A stretch of DNA of 64,000 nt from contig JBOZIK010000001.1 in assembly GCA_051453625.1 (NCBI GenBank), positions 22,119,455 through 22,183,454 on the forward strand, in the 5' to 3' direction. How positions within the stretch are numbered: the stretch's first letter is position 1; each line of letters begins with the position of its first letter. Of this stretch, positions 38,901 to 53,000 are shown piece by piece. The position numbers and the translations under genes are program-made. The notes beneath the pieces were generated by a model that searched no databases, was not told the origin of the DNA, and saw only the letters and a program-made list of their open reading frames with translations. The stretch is from Welwitschia mirabilis. Lineage: Eukaryota.

Positions 38901-41900
38901 NNNNNNNNNNNNNNNNNNNNNGATCTAACTTGTTTGACATTAGTTGGAGGGCTAATATTTTTAATGATATCAACTTTTATGGGGTTCATCCTAATCCCTT
39001 CTTTAAAAATGTGATGATCTAGGATAATTCCATGATTGGTAAGGAGAAAACTCTTTTCCCAACTCAAATGTAAGCCACTCTCAATACACCAATCTAGGAC
39101 TTCCTATAATTTCTTTCTAGTTTGTTCAAAAGTATCACAAAAGATGGATAAGTCATCTATAAAGATTTTAATAAACTCTTCTATCATATCAGAAAAGATC
39201 CCCATCATAACTTGTTGAAAGGTTTCAGGGGCATTGCAAAGTCTAAAAGATATTTATCTAAAAGTAAAGGTTTTAAAGGGTGAGTCAAAGTGGTTTTATC
39301 TTGCTCTTCACTTGCTTTATAAATTTTATTATAGCTGCTATACCTATCAAGAAAACAATAGTAGGAATGACCTTGGATTCTATCAAGTACCTAATCAAGA
39401 AAGGGTAAAGGGCACTGATTCTTTTTAGTTACCTCATTAACTTTTCTAAAATTAATGCACATTTTCCATTTATCCTCTTTCTTTATAACTACTAATAAAG
39501 GACTAACCCACTCACTATCAGATATTTCATACATAATTCTAGCATCCATAATTTTAATGACCTCATCCTTAATGATTTGTTTAAGGACTAGATTGAGTCT
39601 TCTTTAGGGCTATATAACAAGCTTAGCATTCTCTTCGAGGTTAATATTATGTTGAAAAATGGAAAGAGGAATGTCATCTAAGTATTTATGTATCCAAGCA
39701 AAGGCATTTTCTTTTAAAGTTAAGAGTGAGATTAAGTTTGATTCCTGTTAAGGAGTGATAAGGTCACTGATTATCAGGGTTTCATTTGATTTTTGAATAG
39801 AAAAATATATTTTAAATCTTGGGGTAATTTCTTAATTCAAGACTGATATTTTGAGCTATCGTCCCATCTATCATATGGAAGACATTCTACAAAAAGTTTT
39901 TTTTAACAAATAAAAATGTTGATTTTTTATCTTGTTAGTGTGTTTTACATTCTTAGACTTAAGATAGTGTGTTTTAGTGGGGTTATCATATAAAGTTGTT
40001 TTATGTAAAATGATTAATCTCTTCTCAATTAGTCGAAGTTGTAAAAACAAGGTTGGTTTTAGTTCATCTTCAAAGTTAAACTCAGTTCCTATGTCCTTTT
40101 CAGCAACATTACAAATTCTAATGGTGTTGTCTATTGCTAAAATAATATCTCATCATCCTGGATCGTGTGTCAATGATACAATGGGTAGTTGCATAAAAGA
40201 ATCTTCTTAAAAGAAGTGGACAATCTCCATTGTGTTCTATCTTAATGATGACAACATCTATGGGATAAAAATCTTTCTTAATTTGGATAACTAAGTCCTT
40301 GATAATTTCCAATGGTTTCTTGATTGAGGTATCAACCAATTCTAAGATAATTTGTCTAGGTTCTATTTTGTTTTCTAACTTAAGTCTCTTACATATGTGG
40401 AGAGGCATGATGTCTACACGTGCTCTTATGTTAATTAAAGATTTTTAAATTATTTTATTTTCTTCTAAGGTAACACTCATAGTTGTAGATCTAGGGTCTT
40501 TGAATTTAGGACACTTTTGCATGACTAAATTAGAAAGGGATTGAGTAAGAAAAACTTTACTAGAAATAATATATTTTTTTCTTTCTTCTTACTAAGTCCT
40601 TTCATACAAAAAGACAAGTTGAGTTTTACCTCTTGCATTAAAGTTTTCAATGTTTATTAAAGGTAAGATTTGTATTTAATTGATTAAGCCAAGGAGTGGA
40701 TGGTTTCTTCCTTTTATTTTCTTGTGAGGCATTTTTAGTAAAGTCTTTAGTAAATGATGTTGATGGAAGTAGTATGAATCCAAGAATTCTACATCATCAT
40801 CTTCATTTATTTAATTGTTTTTAGAAGTTGAAACGTCATGGATAGGAGGTGTACTATCTTTTCCACTTCTTGTTACTACTCTTAAATCTTTCCTAACTTA
40901 ATTTTGTTTGGGCAATGGTTGAGATGCAAGAGATCCTTGTGATCTTTAGTTGACAAGCATTGTTTGTTGGAGCACATTCACTAAGTTTTCAATATTGCTA
41001 TTGGTCTTCTCAATGTTGTTATTAGTTATTTCAATATTGCTGTTAGTCTTGTCTTGCATCCTTTTTAACTCCTCTATGGATTCCTTGAGTGGACAATTCT
41101 CATTTTATTGAAATTTTAAATTTTTAAATCTATTTTTAAAATTTTTTCATTAAGATTATCCACCTAATCTTTGTTGAAATTTTGGTTGACTTTAAAAATT
41201 AGATGTTCTTTGGTTAAAAGCACAAACTTCCTCAAACATCCTCTTCTTATAAGTTGATAACAAAGAACACTCTTTAGTTAGATGAGAGTTATCTTCATAA
41301 ATTTTACAATCTGGAATTAATTTTTTATTCTTTACTACTTTTTCATCAACTATCATTTGTGTGTACTTTTCTAAAGTAGTAGTAAAATCTGTCATTAAGT
41401 TGGTGGAGTCCTCTTTTTCTTCTTCCTTCTCATGTTTCACTTCCTTTAAATCTTTTAAAATTTGGCCTATACTATGATTTTCTTTAGTGGGTTTAAACTA
41501 AGTTTGATTTATTTTCACCAAGTTTTCTAATAAACTCCATGCATCATCTAGGTCTAAATTTAATAAGTTACCTCGACAACAAAAATCTACAAGTTGGAGA
41601 ATTCAATCCACTATAGAAATAATTGACTAGATTTTTCTTATGAAATTCATCAATAAGTTGGGAATGGCTAGCTATGATAAAATGTTCATAGGCTATTGCA
41701 TAATCCTTATGAGTTGTTGTTGAAAGTTGATTACTTCTTTTCTTCTTTTTCTTATGGAATTTTCACTTAAAAATCGTTTGATAAATACTTCTTGCACTGG
41801 ACTTCAAGATTTAATACTCTTATGTAGGATAGTTTTACACCAAATTTTTGCTCTTCTTCTAAGTGTAACTAGAAAGATAATCATACAGTAATATGTTTTT

Positions 41901-42135
41901 TCCCCATTCCCCAAGGTAAGCACAAGTTATTCAATATTAGCTAAATGTTGGAAAGGTCTTCCTCAGGTTTCCCTAAAAAATTTAGATAAGCACTTAAATT
42001 TCTTAATTCTACATCATCTCCAAAAGGTAAATCAAAAATATTTTGAATTTCACATTTTCTCTTACTAATTAAATTTCTAAGAGTAAAGTTTGCATTTAAG
42101 AAAGAAGTTCCTATTATAATTGGGATATTAGACAA
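35985..42135 (-). pseudogene. gag-pol pseudogene of element C
   Basis: Protease region MPLHICKRL...YPIDVVII...PLLL (40118-40408); RT FIKIFIDDLSIF (~39140-39175) and SWEKS...PPTNVKQVRSFL (38654-39067); integrase FFWPTIF...CDTCQ...WVIDIVSP (37395-37856); QRLKIY near 36080. Confidence 0.9.
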
Positions 42136-42971
42136 AGAAATTTCTTTTGTTTTTGTAAAGATTTTGATACATTCAACATATTCAAAGAAGAAATAACATG
42201 ATCTACTTCTATACTATAATTTTATTTTGCAAAATATAATTTTAAAATAATAAAAGTAAAAAAATATTCTTCTTCAATTCTAGAAATTTGCATACCTGGA
42301 ATGTGCATATCTGGATTTAGCTTAAAGTTTAATAATCCTTATCTGATGTTTTCTTTAATTAGGTTCCACTCTCTGTGATATTTTGTACTACTAGAATTTA
42401 TCATGCTCTACATGCTCAGATGACAAGTAAAAAACTAAAATCAAAGACAATAGACCATCATCTGCCTAGTCATGGGGATGACAGGGAGGACGATAATCAT
42501 AGTAACAAAAACCCAAAATTCAGAAAAATTACTGAAAGCAAAGAATCTAGACTATTATCTAGGCTATCATGGAGATGATAGATAAGATAACATTAAGTTT
42601 ATTAAAATTTATAAAAAAATAAAAATTATGAAATTTGGAAAAAAAGCAGACTATTGCCTAGTATGTCATGGGGATGACACACAAGATGACAATAACTTTA
42701 TTATTGAACTACATATAGCAAAAAATTATGAAAGCAAAAATAAATTTAAAATTTTAAAAATGTCGTGTCCAATGTCATTGGGATCATAGAGAGGATGACA
42801 GAGTTCCTAAAAATTACAGAAAATAAATTTACAGAAATAAATCTAGTTTAAGCTAAGCTAGAAATATAGCACTCATCCAAATAAATAACTTAAACAGAAG
42901 ATTCAAGGTACTTATTTGATTAGTGACAATTCTCTAGTTCCTTGTGGCATTTCTCAATAATGGAGTCAAAA

Positions 42972-44397
42972 TGTTGTGATATGAATTTATGCAATTCTAA
43001 AATCCTTCAGATAAATCTGTGAATCAAATAACCTATAGAAAAACACATGCTAGTGTAGACAGCAGTTCACCTGAATGTCATAATACTAATGAAGGCACTA
43101 AGCTAAGAGTTAGAGAATTAATTTCCAAGATATTTTTGGTCTTTTTTATCTTATAAAAACTAGAAGTAAATAATAAATTAGATGCAATGAAAAGTAAATA
43201 AATATGAAATAAAAATGAAAAGTAAAATAAATTCTATTGATTCTTAATACTTTTGTTACAAGAACTAGCTTCTCTATAATTCAAATTACTTAAGAAAAGT
43301 ACTTAACTTATTCTTAATCAACATGAACTATGAGATATACCAAGTAAAATACATAATGCAATGTGGAATGAAAATGGAATAAAAATGAAAATCTAAACTA
43401 ATCAAAGTCAACCTTGCTATAGTTGCCCTTATGATCTAAATAAATCATAGAATTGTCACTTAAACTATGACCAACTTAAACNNNNNNNNNNNNNNNNNNN
43501 NNNNNNNNNNNNNNNNNNNNNNNNNNNNNNNNNNNNNNNNNNNNNNNNNNNNNNNNNNNNNNNNNNNNNNNNNNNNNNNNNAAGTCAACCTTGCTATAGT
43601 TGCCCTTATGATCTAAATAAATCATAGAATTGTCACTTAAACTATGACCAACTTAAACCATAAGGGATATAAATAGCATTGAAATTTGAAAAGAGTAATT
43701 GTATTAATTTCAAAGAACTTTAATTACACTCATAACAAAATAGTAGTAGCTCAATGGAAGAGACTTAGCCTAACACCAAAGAAAATCCTTTTTCTAGCTA
43801 CTAAATAGATCTGTTATCCTTTAATCTTCCATCACAAGCATATTAGGTATAAAAGATGAAAACATTAATGAAGGAGGACAAGGATATCTATAGTTTTACA
43901 TTGAGGTTCTAGAAACTCAACCCTAGAAGTTGGAAAAGAAACCCTAATAGCCCAAATGGATTGCTTGACCCCATTGCAAATATAATTCTTTCTGACCATA
44001 GAAAAATAGTTGTTATCCTAATTGTTATGGGGATGATAGAGGGTTTTATCCTATATTAAAAGGTACTTAATTAGCTTCATTCCCTATTGTCAAGCCTATA
44101 GCTTTTGTTCATGTTAGCAATGCTATCGTATTACCTGTCATGGGGATAACAAAGGTGATGAAAGGCTTCCTTAGCTTCAATCTCAAAGATAAGTTAGTCT
44201 TTTGCATAATGAATCCTTCTTCCAAGATGTAGTATCAAAATAAGCTTGAGAAACCTCCAAATATGCTAAGAATTACATGTTTTATTGATCATCTTGTCAC
44301 ATCTCCATAATCATCAGTATTGCATCTAAACCTATGTAAATGTCCTACAAAATACTTAAAATACACCATCAAATTCCTACAAGTTGGCATCACAATA
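42972..44397 (-). repeat. 5' LTR of element C
   Basis: TGTTGTGATATGAATTTAT ... GGCATCACAATA; contains a 100-N gap with duplicated flanks. Confidence 0.92.
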
Positions 44398-47300
44398 ATT
44401 AGATGAAATGAATATAATGGAAATAAAAATAAAATCTCCTAAATGAAATGAAATAATTCATTTATTAACTAATTATTAGCCAAGTTATCCCTTATCCTCT
44501 ATATTAATATTAGATTCATTCTAAAGTAGTATTAAATTAACATCAATATAATGTATAAGAAAGATTAAGAGAAATAATTTAAAAGAAATTTTGATTTTAT
44601 AACTAATGGAACTTTCAATTACATCCCCTTACAAAAATTATTCTCTTAATGGAGGAAACATAGTTCAACACCAAGAATAACTTCTTTCATAAATAGATGG
44701 TTATCTTACCAAAAATGCTTTAATGTTGTAAGTTGCTTTGATGTAAAAAAGGATGAGAAAATGAAATGCCTAATGGGATTTTTATAGGTTTGAATAGGTG
44801 GTAGGTGAGTGTTTATAATATAAATTTAGTAATAGATGTAATAATTATTAGTGATATATGAGTAATTACAATTACTAATCAACAACGGATGGTTATAGTT
44901 AACTAACAAATAAAACTAATTATTCATTAGTTATGCTACTTGATTTTTTAAAAATCTAATGATAGGTAAAATCTAGTGATAGATGGAATCTGGTGGTAGG
45001 TGGAATCTCATAATACATAAAAAAACTTAGTGGTAGATCATCATCTTCTTTTCTTAGACCTTCTTCCTTCGTCTGAGTGTCATTTGAATAACCTCTTAAA
45101 ATCTTCTAAAATTTCTCTCTCTCTCTTTTTTTTAATCTAAATTATGCTTGATTTTTTGTCTTTATTCCTTAACATCAAAAAGAATTAATATAATTATTAA
45201 ACTTACTAAAAGTACCTAAAATTACACTCAAAACCATCATTATTGCCAAGTTTACTGCTTATTATAACCTATCACTAAGTGTTTATTAGCCCTTAATGAA
45301 TTAAGTAGAAGATAATAGAAGTGAGTCAACTTGATTAGGAGATAAAATTAATACTTTAGCTAAAATATAAATACATTATTAACTAAAAAGTACATCCTAT
45401 TAATTCTTGAGCAAAAAAATATTCAAAGCAATGATTATAAAAAGATAAATATGAACTTCAAAAATATGATTTCAATACATGAACAACATACTTCAACTTA
45501 TTCACGTAAGATTTAGCTAATCAATTCTTGAAAATTACTCAAATTGGCCCCCCACTAAGTATTAAACATATATTTGAAACTAAAATTATAGCACAGTATG
45601 GGTAATAAACCTTGATCAACCCACTTAGCATTTGAAAGATTATAAAAGATACATCAAAGGTAAGAGAATAACTATAATAAAGTGTTAAAATACAAACAGA
45701 GCAGAAAAACAAAAAATAAAACTAAAATAAGGCTAAATAAAGATTACACTTGATTGAGATGGAGTGGAATGGATGTGAAATTGATAGCTAATGATAAAAA
45801 TATTAATAATATAAAGTAAGTTTAGAAACTATAAAATTATTAATGACAATGGTGTTGGTTCTATAAGGAATAAAAGTGAGTGTAAAAATGGCTTTGAAAT
45901 GATTAAATAAAAATATAATAAAAAATAAATAAAAATAAACATGTAAAACATTAACTGCTAAAACCTAAATTCTATCATAACAAGACTCATTGGTATATGT
46001 CATAAAACAACTTAACATTATAGATTCATCATTCAATGTTAAATGAAATAGAGTTTTATGTAAGAAATGGTAGTTGCTATGATAATATTTAATGATTATC
46101 TTATGAAGTACTAAAATAATGTCATAGCCATAATTTGATTCAATCATTACCTATGATAATAAGTGAAGCCTTACTAGTTCATTATATAATAACTAATATG
46201 TTGTAAATGCTCATGAAGGAATGGGTTTGGAGTTATAAAAAATAAGCCAATGGAGTATTAAAAAACATCATTCATCATGATGAGGGGAGTGGAACCACTT
46301 CCAAAAGAGTAGAGATCCATAAGTAAAAGTTGGATCATGACCAGCTAATCCTCTAATGAAGTTTCCATAGCTACCATATCACAATGTCAAATGATCTTTT
46401 AAAAACCTTAGCATGCTTGTGGTAGGACATCATGGAATTAGAGAATGCATTAATTTCTTTTTCTTCTTTTTTTTTTTTTTTTGACATTGATTGATCATTA
46501 GAATGATAAACTAATAAAGTACATAACTAATGAGAAGGATTCGATTTAACATGATTGATACTATAATAAGATATCGTACATAGTTTCCTTTTAATAGAAG
46601 TTTTATAGACATGGAAATTTGTTAAGATTATTTAAAATCCAATTTTACCACTTGAAATGCTTAAAGTAAAATAACATACATGAAAACTCAAGTGGAATTT
46701 GACATAAAACCACATAGAGGGATAATTAAGTAGTAAAATAACTCAATCAATGATCTATATAAGAGATCATTTAGATGGTGGTAAAGGGAAGATCGATCCT
46801 CCTCTTGCTTAAGAAGATCTTCTAATTCTATTTATTTTATCATATTCATGGCGTAATGAAAATCATTAGGTAAATAATATAACTTCAACTATTATCCATC
46901 AACCTTTAATTTTTTATAAGAGTTTAATTCAAAAATCATAACTGAACCATTTAGGATATGCTTTTTCTATAAAATAAGGATTAAAACATTTAGAAACTAA
47001 ATAATAGAACATAAAAGTTGGAGGAACATATGTAAGAAAGATTAATTAAAAATATCTTAATAGACCCTTAAAATAGTCTTTTATCAAATTGAAGAAAAAT
47101 GCTATGAGCATAATTTTCATTCAATGACTGTAACTGGATATTAATAATACTACTCTAAAAAAAAGGTGGATCTAAGAATTTCAAAAGACTTCTTAGAATA
47201 ATTAATTAGAACATATTTTTAATTATTAATAAGTTCTCTAAGATTTAACTTAAGCCATGGATTTTCATTAAGTAGGTAAGCCTTTCTCTAATTAAAGGTC

Positions 47301-48999
47301 TCTGCAATGCTAAGTTATGTTTTAAAAAGTTCATACATAATTATTAGCATAAGTTAATTTAGTAGAAGAAGGAATGCTATTTTTATCTTCACCTAGATAT
47401 ATAAGTATAAGAGATAAATAAACATTTTTTTATGTGATTAGACTCTTCAAGTGTGATTAATTCATTTAATGTAGTGAGTCCATCCTCTATTGGTATTTAT
47501 TGTATTATCATAGCTTCTTCCTTGTTCTCCTTCTCTTTATTATTTTTATCATCATTTCATAAGTTATTAGATTCATCAAAAATATTACAAAAAAAAAGGT
47601 GATCATAATGTTCCTCATATGTTGCATGTTTTTAAAATTTCTTTAGAGTTATTATTTTTCCATCATAATGATCTTCCAAAAGTAATTAAATATTGTGAAA
47701 ATAGTTTAAAGATTTCTATACCAACACCTATTAGATCATCCTTCTCCTCTTTTTTATTTAGTTAATGAGTTAAAGATCATTTTCTTCATGCTATCTATCT
47801 TATAAAGGATGGAATATTAGAGATCAATCTAATATTTCATCATCTAATTCTACCATTTTAGCATCATCATCAAAATAAGAGTTTTTACTATCATGTATAG
47901 AATGTTCAATATTCTCTATATTACTTTTAAATTTCTCCTCATCTTTTTCAAGGTAAAATTTAGTACCCATGGTGCAATACACTTGAGAAGGTTCTTATTG
48001 TTAATAGATTTAAGTGATAAATCCTACTTATTTCTCCAAGTTTTTATTGAATCTATCACTTTAAATTGAAATTTTTTAGAAAGAGTTCTATAAGAATTCA
48101 ATTATTATTCATATTCTTCTTCATATTTATTTATGGAAGAAGGTTGAAGATTGCTAAATCTAGTTGATTACCTTTGTAAATGTGGAAGAATATTTAAAGC
48201 ATTAATTATCATTATAATTTCTATAAAAACTTTGAAAAGATGAAGAGATCCACTTCATAGTTTCAACATTATTTTCTTATTCTGTTTGCAAATATTTCTC
48301 AAAGTGGTCTTTTATTAAAAGAATTTTGAACTTCTATTTTTCTGTTAAAAAAGATTTCTCTGTCGGTTTTAAAATTTGAAGACATATTTGAAGACAATGA
48401 AGGATTCGTAGAAGAGGATTAGGTAATTGTTAGAATGGGTAATGGGTAAGGTAGGATTACTAAAGGATAAATGTTTTAAATTATTACAAATAAATACCAA
48501 AAAAATTGACTTGTTCTGCGTTATAACTAACTTGATTTTTCGTACCTCAAGTTCTTAAAGTAAAATCAACCAAACCTTGTTTGATAGTTTCTTTAAGGAA
48601 AACCATTTCTTTATAGTGCTTTATTATCATCCTTCATAGTTACAAAATATTAAACAAATATTTTTACACCAAGTAGTAACACCTTTCAAAATTACATAAA
48701 ACTTAAAAAGGAGGTTATACCAATAATGAATGTGATACTCACTTAGATTACACAAAGCATAAACTGTATGCTAACTTTATTATAAAAGCGATAATTCCCA
48801 AGTTTGCACTTAAAAAGAAAAAAAGAAAGAAAGGAAAAAAATAAAAAATAAAAATAAAACATACATTGAAATGCAAATAAAAGTCAAGAAAATCTAGTAT
48901 ATATATATATACCTCAAGTAAGTAATATTAAAATCAAGTTACTCATGTAATGGTAATCAATCTTCTAATTGTAAATGCTTCTCTTATAACAATGCTCGA

Positions 49000-50036
49000 A
49001 AATCATCTCTTAGGCATGAATTATCAATATTTATTCACTTTTTAACTAAACCTATAATATTAAAACATGACAAATACTAGTTTAGTATGTAACCAAAATA
49101 TCATAAACTAGTAAAGCAAACAAAGGACCATTGGAAGATTAATTCATTTGGGAAAAAAGGGCATATTAATATTTTTGATATTTTTAATAACTAAAGAAGA
49201 AATCAATAATGTATAGATAAAATACAATGTAATGAAAATAATAATGAAATGTCTTAAAGGTAATCAATTAACTAATTTACTAATGTGTTATTATCCAAGT
49301 TAATCCTCATTGTCTATATCAAGATCACATTCACTCTAGAGCAGTATTAAATTGACATCAACATAAAGTATAATGAAGATATGAAGATAGAATTTAAGAA
49401 ATAACACATTTGATTTTATCAATTTCAATTTCAATTATACCCACTTACAAATAGTGGTTTATCAATGGGTGAAACATAGTTCAAAGACAAGGATAACTTC
49501 CTTCTAAAGTAGTTGGATACCTTGTTTAAAATATTCTAATGTCATAAAATACTTTAATGCAAAGAATGATGAAGAAATGGGACACCCATAGTTTAAATAA
49601 GTAGCAGGTAAATAGTAGATGAATGATTAAAATATAAATATAATAATAGATGTAATGATTATTGATGATAGATGGTCAATTATGTTTACTAATTAATAAG
49701 GATGGTTACATTTAAGTAATAGATAAAAGTAATCATTCATTAATAATTACCAATTGAGCTTCTTGGAATCTCATGGTAGATAAAATCTAGTGGTAGGAAG
49801 TACCTAGTAGAAGGTAGAATTTGGTGGTAGGTCATCATCTCCTCCCTCATATGACTACCATTTAGATGACCTCTTGAAATCCTCTAAAATTTCTCGTTTT
49901 CTTTTCAAATTATGCTAGATTCTTTGTCTTTGGTCCTTAATATTAAAAAGGTTTAATTTAATTATTAAGCCTTCTAAAAGCACCTAAAATCATGCTCAAA
50001 ACTATTATCAAATATGATCAAGTTGGATGTTCATCA
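49000..50036 (-). repeat. 5' LTR of element E
   Basis: Homologous to the split LTR 31762-31980/44398-45264; ends TTCATCA. Confidence 0.75.
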
Positions 50037-50039
50037 ATA

Positions 50040-53000
50040 TCTTATTGTAAAAACAAGTTATTTCATTAATAATTATAACTTTAAGATTACCAAAGTAGGA
50101 TAGAATATGTTCTTTTAAAGATCTCGTAATAACTTTAGCATCATCATTTCTAGTTTGAAAGCTTCACATTAAGAAGTAATGTAATCTATACAAACCAATA
50201 TATAAATATGTTAAAGATGGAAGAAATGGTCCTATGAAATCTATACTATAGAAATTAAATGATTTAATCTCAAGAACAAATGAAAGAGACAATCTCAAAT
50301 ACATGTAAAAGCGAAATCATGTCTTTCTTTCTAATGCTTTCTAAAAATTGACATTTATTATAGTATTTATAATATTCATAGGTATTTTAAAAATAGTTTA
50401 TACAGTCCAGATTGAAGGATTTTATAAAAGCTCATTTTGATGATAAAGTGACCCCCACATATCCTATCATGTATGAATCATAAGATTTTTAAAGTTTTAA
50501 ATTATGAAATGAATATGTGAATGATTTCATCAGGATAGTATTTAAAAAGATAAGGGTTATTCCATAAGTACTTACTTCATGCAAGAACATCTTTTTATTT
50601 TATTTGTTCTAGTAAATGGGCAGTTTATGTGTAACAAGATAATTGACTATATTGATGTACCAAGGTTCCTCTTATAGGACAAGAAGGTTCCTATTGGGGA
50701 ATGGCTTCTTTATGAAAATCAAAGTTGATGGAGGTATGGAGAAAGGTCTAATGCAAGATAATTAATTAGAAACTAGTTTTTCATTTTCTTTTATTATTGA
50801 CCTTAATGTCAAATTATTATGGGAGCATTATCTAGATAATTAATCTAGCCTTACAATCCTGCTTATTTAATAAGTAATCAGGAGTAGAATGATCAATAAA
50901 TTTGATAGTTTTTTCACTAATAGTTTAATTTTTAAAGGTGAAAATTACTATTAGAAGTTATTTTTTAGCTTTTTAATTCCTTGTAATGTTTTCATTTGAT
51001 ATTAAATACAATAGGATTTCCCATTTCTTCATTAACCTAAGGTGGATCCTATAACATAGTTATTTGTATTCCATAACATCTAAAAAGGAAGGGAATAGTC
51101 TATTGATTACATGATAGAAGAATAAATAAATATATATTTTAGTTTATCAAAGGAATTAGTGCATCTAGAATTTTGCTCAAGAAAAAGACCTTTACAAGAA
51201 GACTACTTAAGGTTTTGGAGATTTTGGATAAATCTTAAATAAATATTCTATAATAACTAGTAACATATTTAACATTCTTAGAAGGGAAAATATGAGTGAT
51301 AAGCTAAACCTTAGCAACATTCATTTCTATCCTATTCTTAAAAATCAAAAGTTCTAAAGCTATACCCTTTAAACCATGAAATTAGACTTCTCTTAATTGA
51401 GAATAATGTTTTTCTCTTTGTAGTTAATAGGTAAAAATAATGATGTAAATTTTTATTATTAATAAAATATTTTTGTACTTATAATTATATATTTTAGATG
51501 GTATTTAATATTTCTTCTTTAGTATTTAGGTTAATATACTAATNNNNNNNNNNNNNNNNNNNNNNNNNNNNNNNNNNNNNNNNNNNNNNNNNNNNNNNNN
51601 NNNNNNNNNNNNNNNNNNNNNNNNNNNNNNNNNNNNNNNNNNNAGTGCATATTTTTCATTCTTTCTTTTATTCTAGTTTATTTTTTAGTTATTTTTTTCA
51701 TATATCTTATAAAAATGATCAAAAAAGAGTCAGTTGGTACTTCTAAAGGAAAAGAACAAGCTTTAGAATAAAAAAGATCACAATATGAGCCTCAGTTCTA
51801 TTATTAGGTAACAAGCAAAAGATATAAAACATGGTTAAGAAATTCCATTATTTTAAAAAGAACTCTTGGTTTTTAGAGGCATCATTGAAATTATCTTATT
51901 TCATATTTTACTTAAGTTAGATGAAGACTAGAGTATTTTAGATCTTATTATGAAAGAATTCTATACTAACATACACAAAATAGATGATAACATAGGTTCC
52001 TTCAAAACAAAAATTAGAAGTACTTCTTTGCACGTCATTCCTGGTTTTGTCAATTTATTATTTAGCATAGATGATTTGAATGTTCCTCAAATTTATGCAC
52101 ATTCATTTAAAGAAAATTTCAATTCTAGAGTTATCATTATGTGAAGAAGAAATATGAGTAATGTTTTATTTGGACACACTACAATGAATTTTGAAGATAA
52201 CATGGAGAGAAAAGATATGATTCTAGATGTCTCTATTCTTAGTTTAATCACGTTTTATAATATCTTGATTAGAGAAGGTAGTTTTAATTACTATAAACCT
52301 ATGCATGCCTTTACTGTTTACTATTTGCTTACTGGATTAAAGATATATTTTGGTTTTATATTATGAATAGATATTATCTCTCTATTTTACAAGGATTAGA
52401 CTTTTGATTACCTTTGTCTTATTAGTTTGATTATTAGTAGCACCAATATAGCAGTACCATAGGTAAATCTTATCTGATAGAAGAAAGCACTAGTAGAGTT
52501 TAGTAAAAAACCAAAGAGTACCAGTGCCACCAGGTGAGGGCACAAGAAAGAGGCCTTCATAGTTTTAGTGATCTTATTGTATTACTACTCACAGCTCTTC
52601 ATCTATTAAAAGGGTACTAAAGGTAATAGTTAAAATGGTTAGTAAAATTGCCATAAATTTATTAAAGTTAAAAAAACATAAGTCCATAGCAAGTAAGGGT
52701 GAGATACTAGTAGAAAGATGGGAATCCATAAGCACTCCTACATGGTCATATTTAAAGGGATAAACAAAATAAGAAAATGCATCTATAACTTCATATGGCA
52801 CAAGACATGACTCAAGAAAAGTAGCTAATAGTGATTCTATAAAGGAGTTATTAGGAGGTGAGACATAAGCTTAGGGGGAATACCAAGCTTCTACATAGGC
52901 TTAAGTGTAAGAAAAACAATAGGATTTAGTACTTTTATAACAAAGCCCACAACAAGAGATAGAGTCTAATAGCTCAGATGCACTACCTCTTATCCTCTGC

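Larger units (their letters stand above)
31981..44397 (-). mobile_element. Element C: full-length degenerate Athila-like Ty3/gypsy element
   Basis: Paired LTRs; near-TSD ATGAG/ATTAG; decayed Asp PBS (~42951-42968); gag-PR-RT-RH-INT similar to element A. Confidence 0.92.
31762..50036 (-). mobile_element. Element E: non-autonomous Athila-like element; 3' LTR (31762-31980 plus 44398-45264) split by element C; 5' LTR ~49000-50036
   Basis: 49000-49210 matches 31762-31980 (ATCATCTCT.AGG...; ATATTTTTG.TATTTTTAATAACTAA) and 49220-50036 matches 44400-45264. Decayed Asp-like PBS ~48980-49000. The 3.7-kb interior has gag-like traces (~47700-48300) and an integrase tail (KVDG..LKLY ~46880-46950) but no RT. 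Confidence 0.75.

Noticed and set aside
38744..38998. Exact ~77-bp direct repeat in the RT/RNase H linker of C
   Set aside because: Identical copies flank a 100-N gap, indicating overlapping contig ends.
43406..43657. Exact direct repeat in the 5' LTR of C
   Set aside because: Flanks a 100-N gap and is single-copy in the partner LTR; assembly artefact.
46276..46310. Hammerhead-like TGATGA-stem-AAAA on the antisense strand of the conserved block
   Set aside because: All four copies read CATGATGA rather than CTGATGA, none has GAAA after the stem, and no stem I/III cleavage site is evident.
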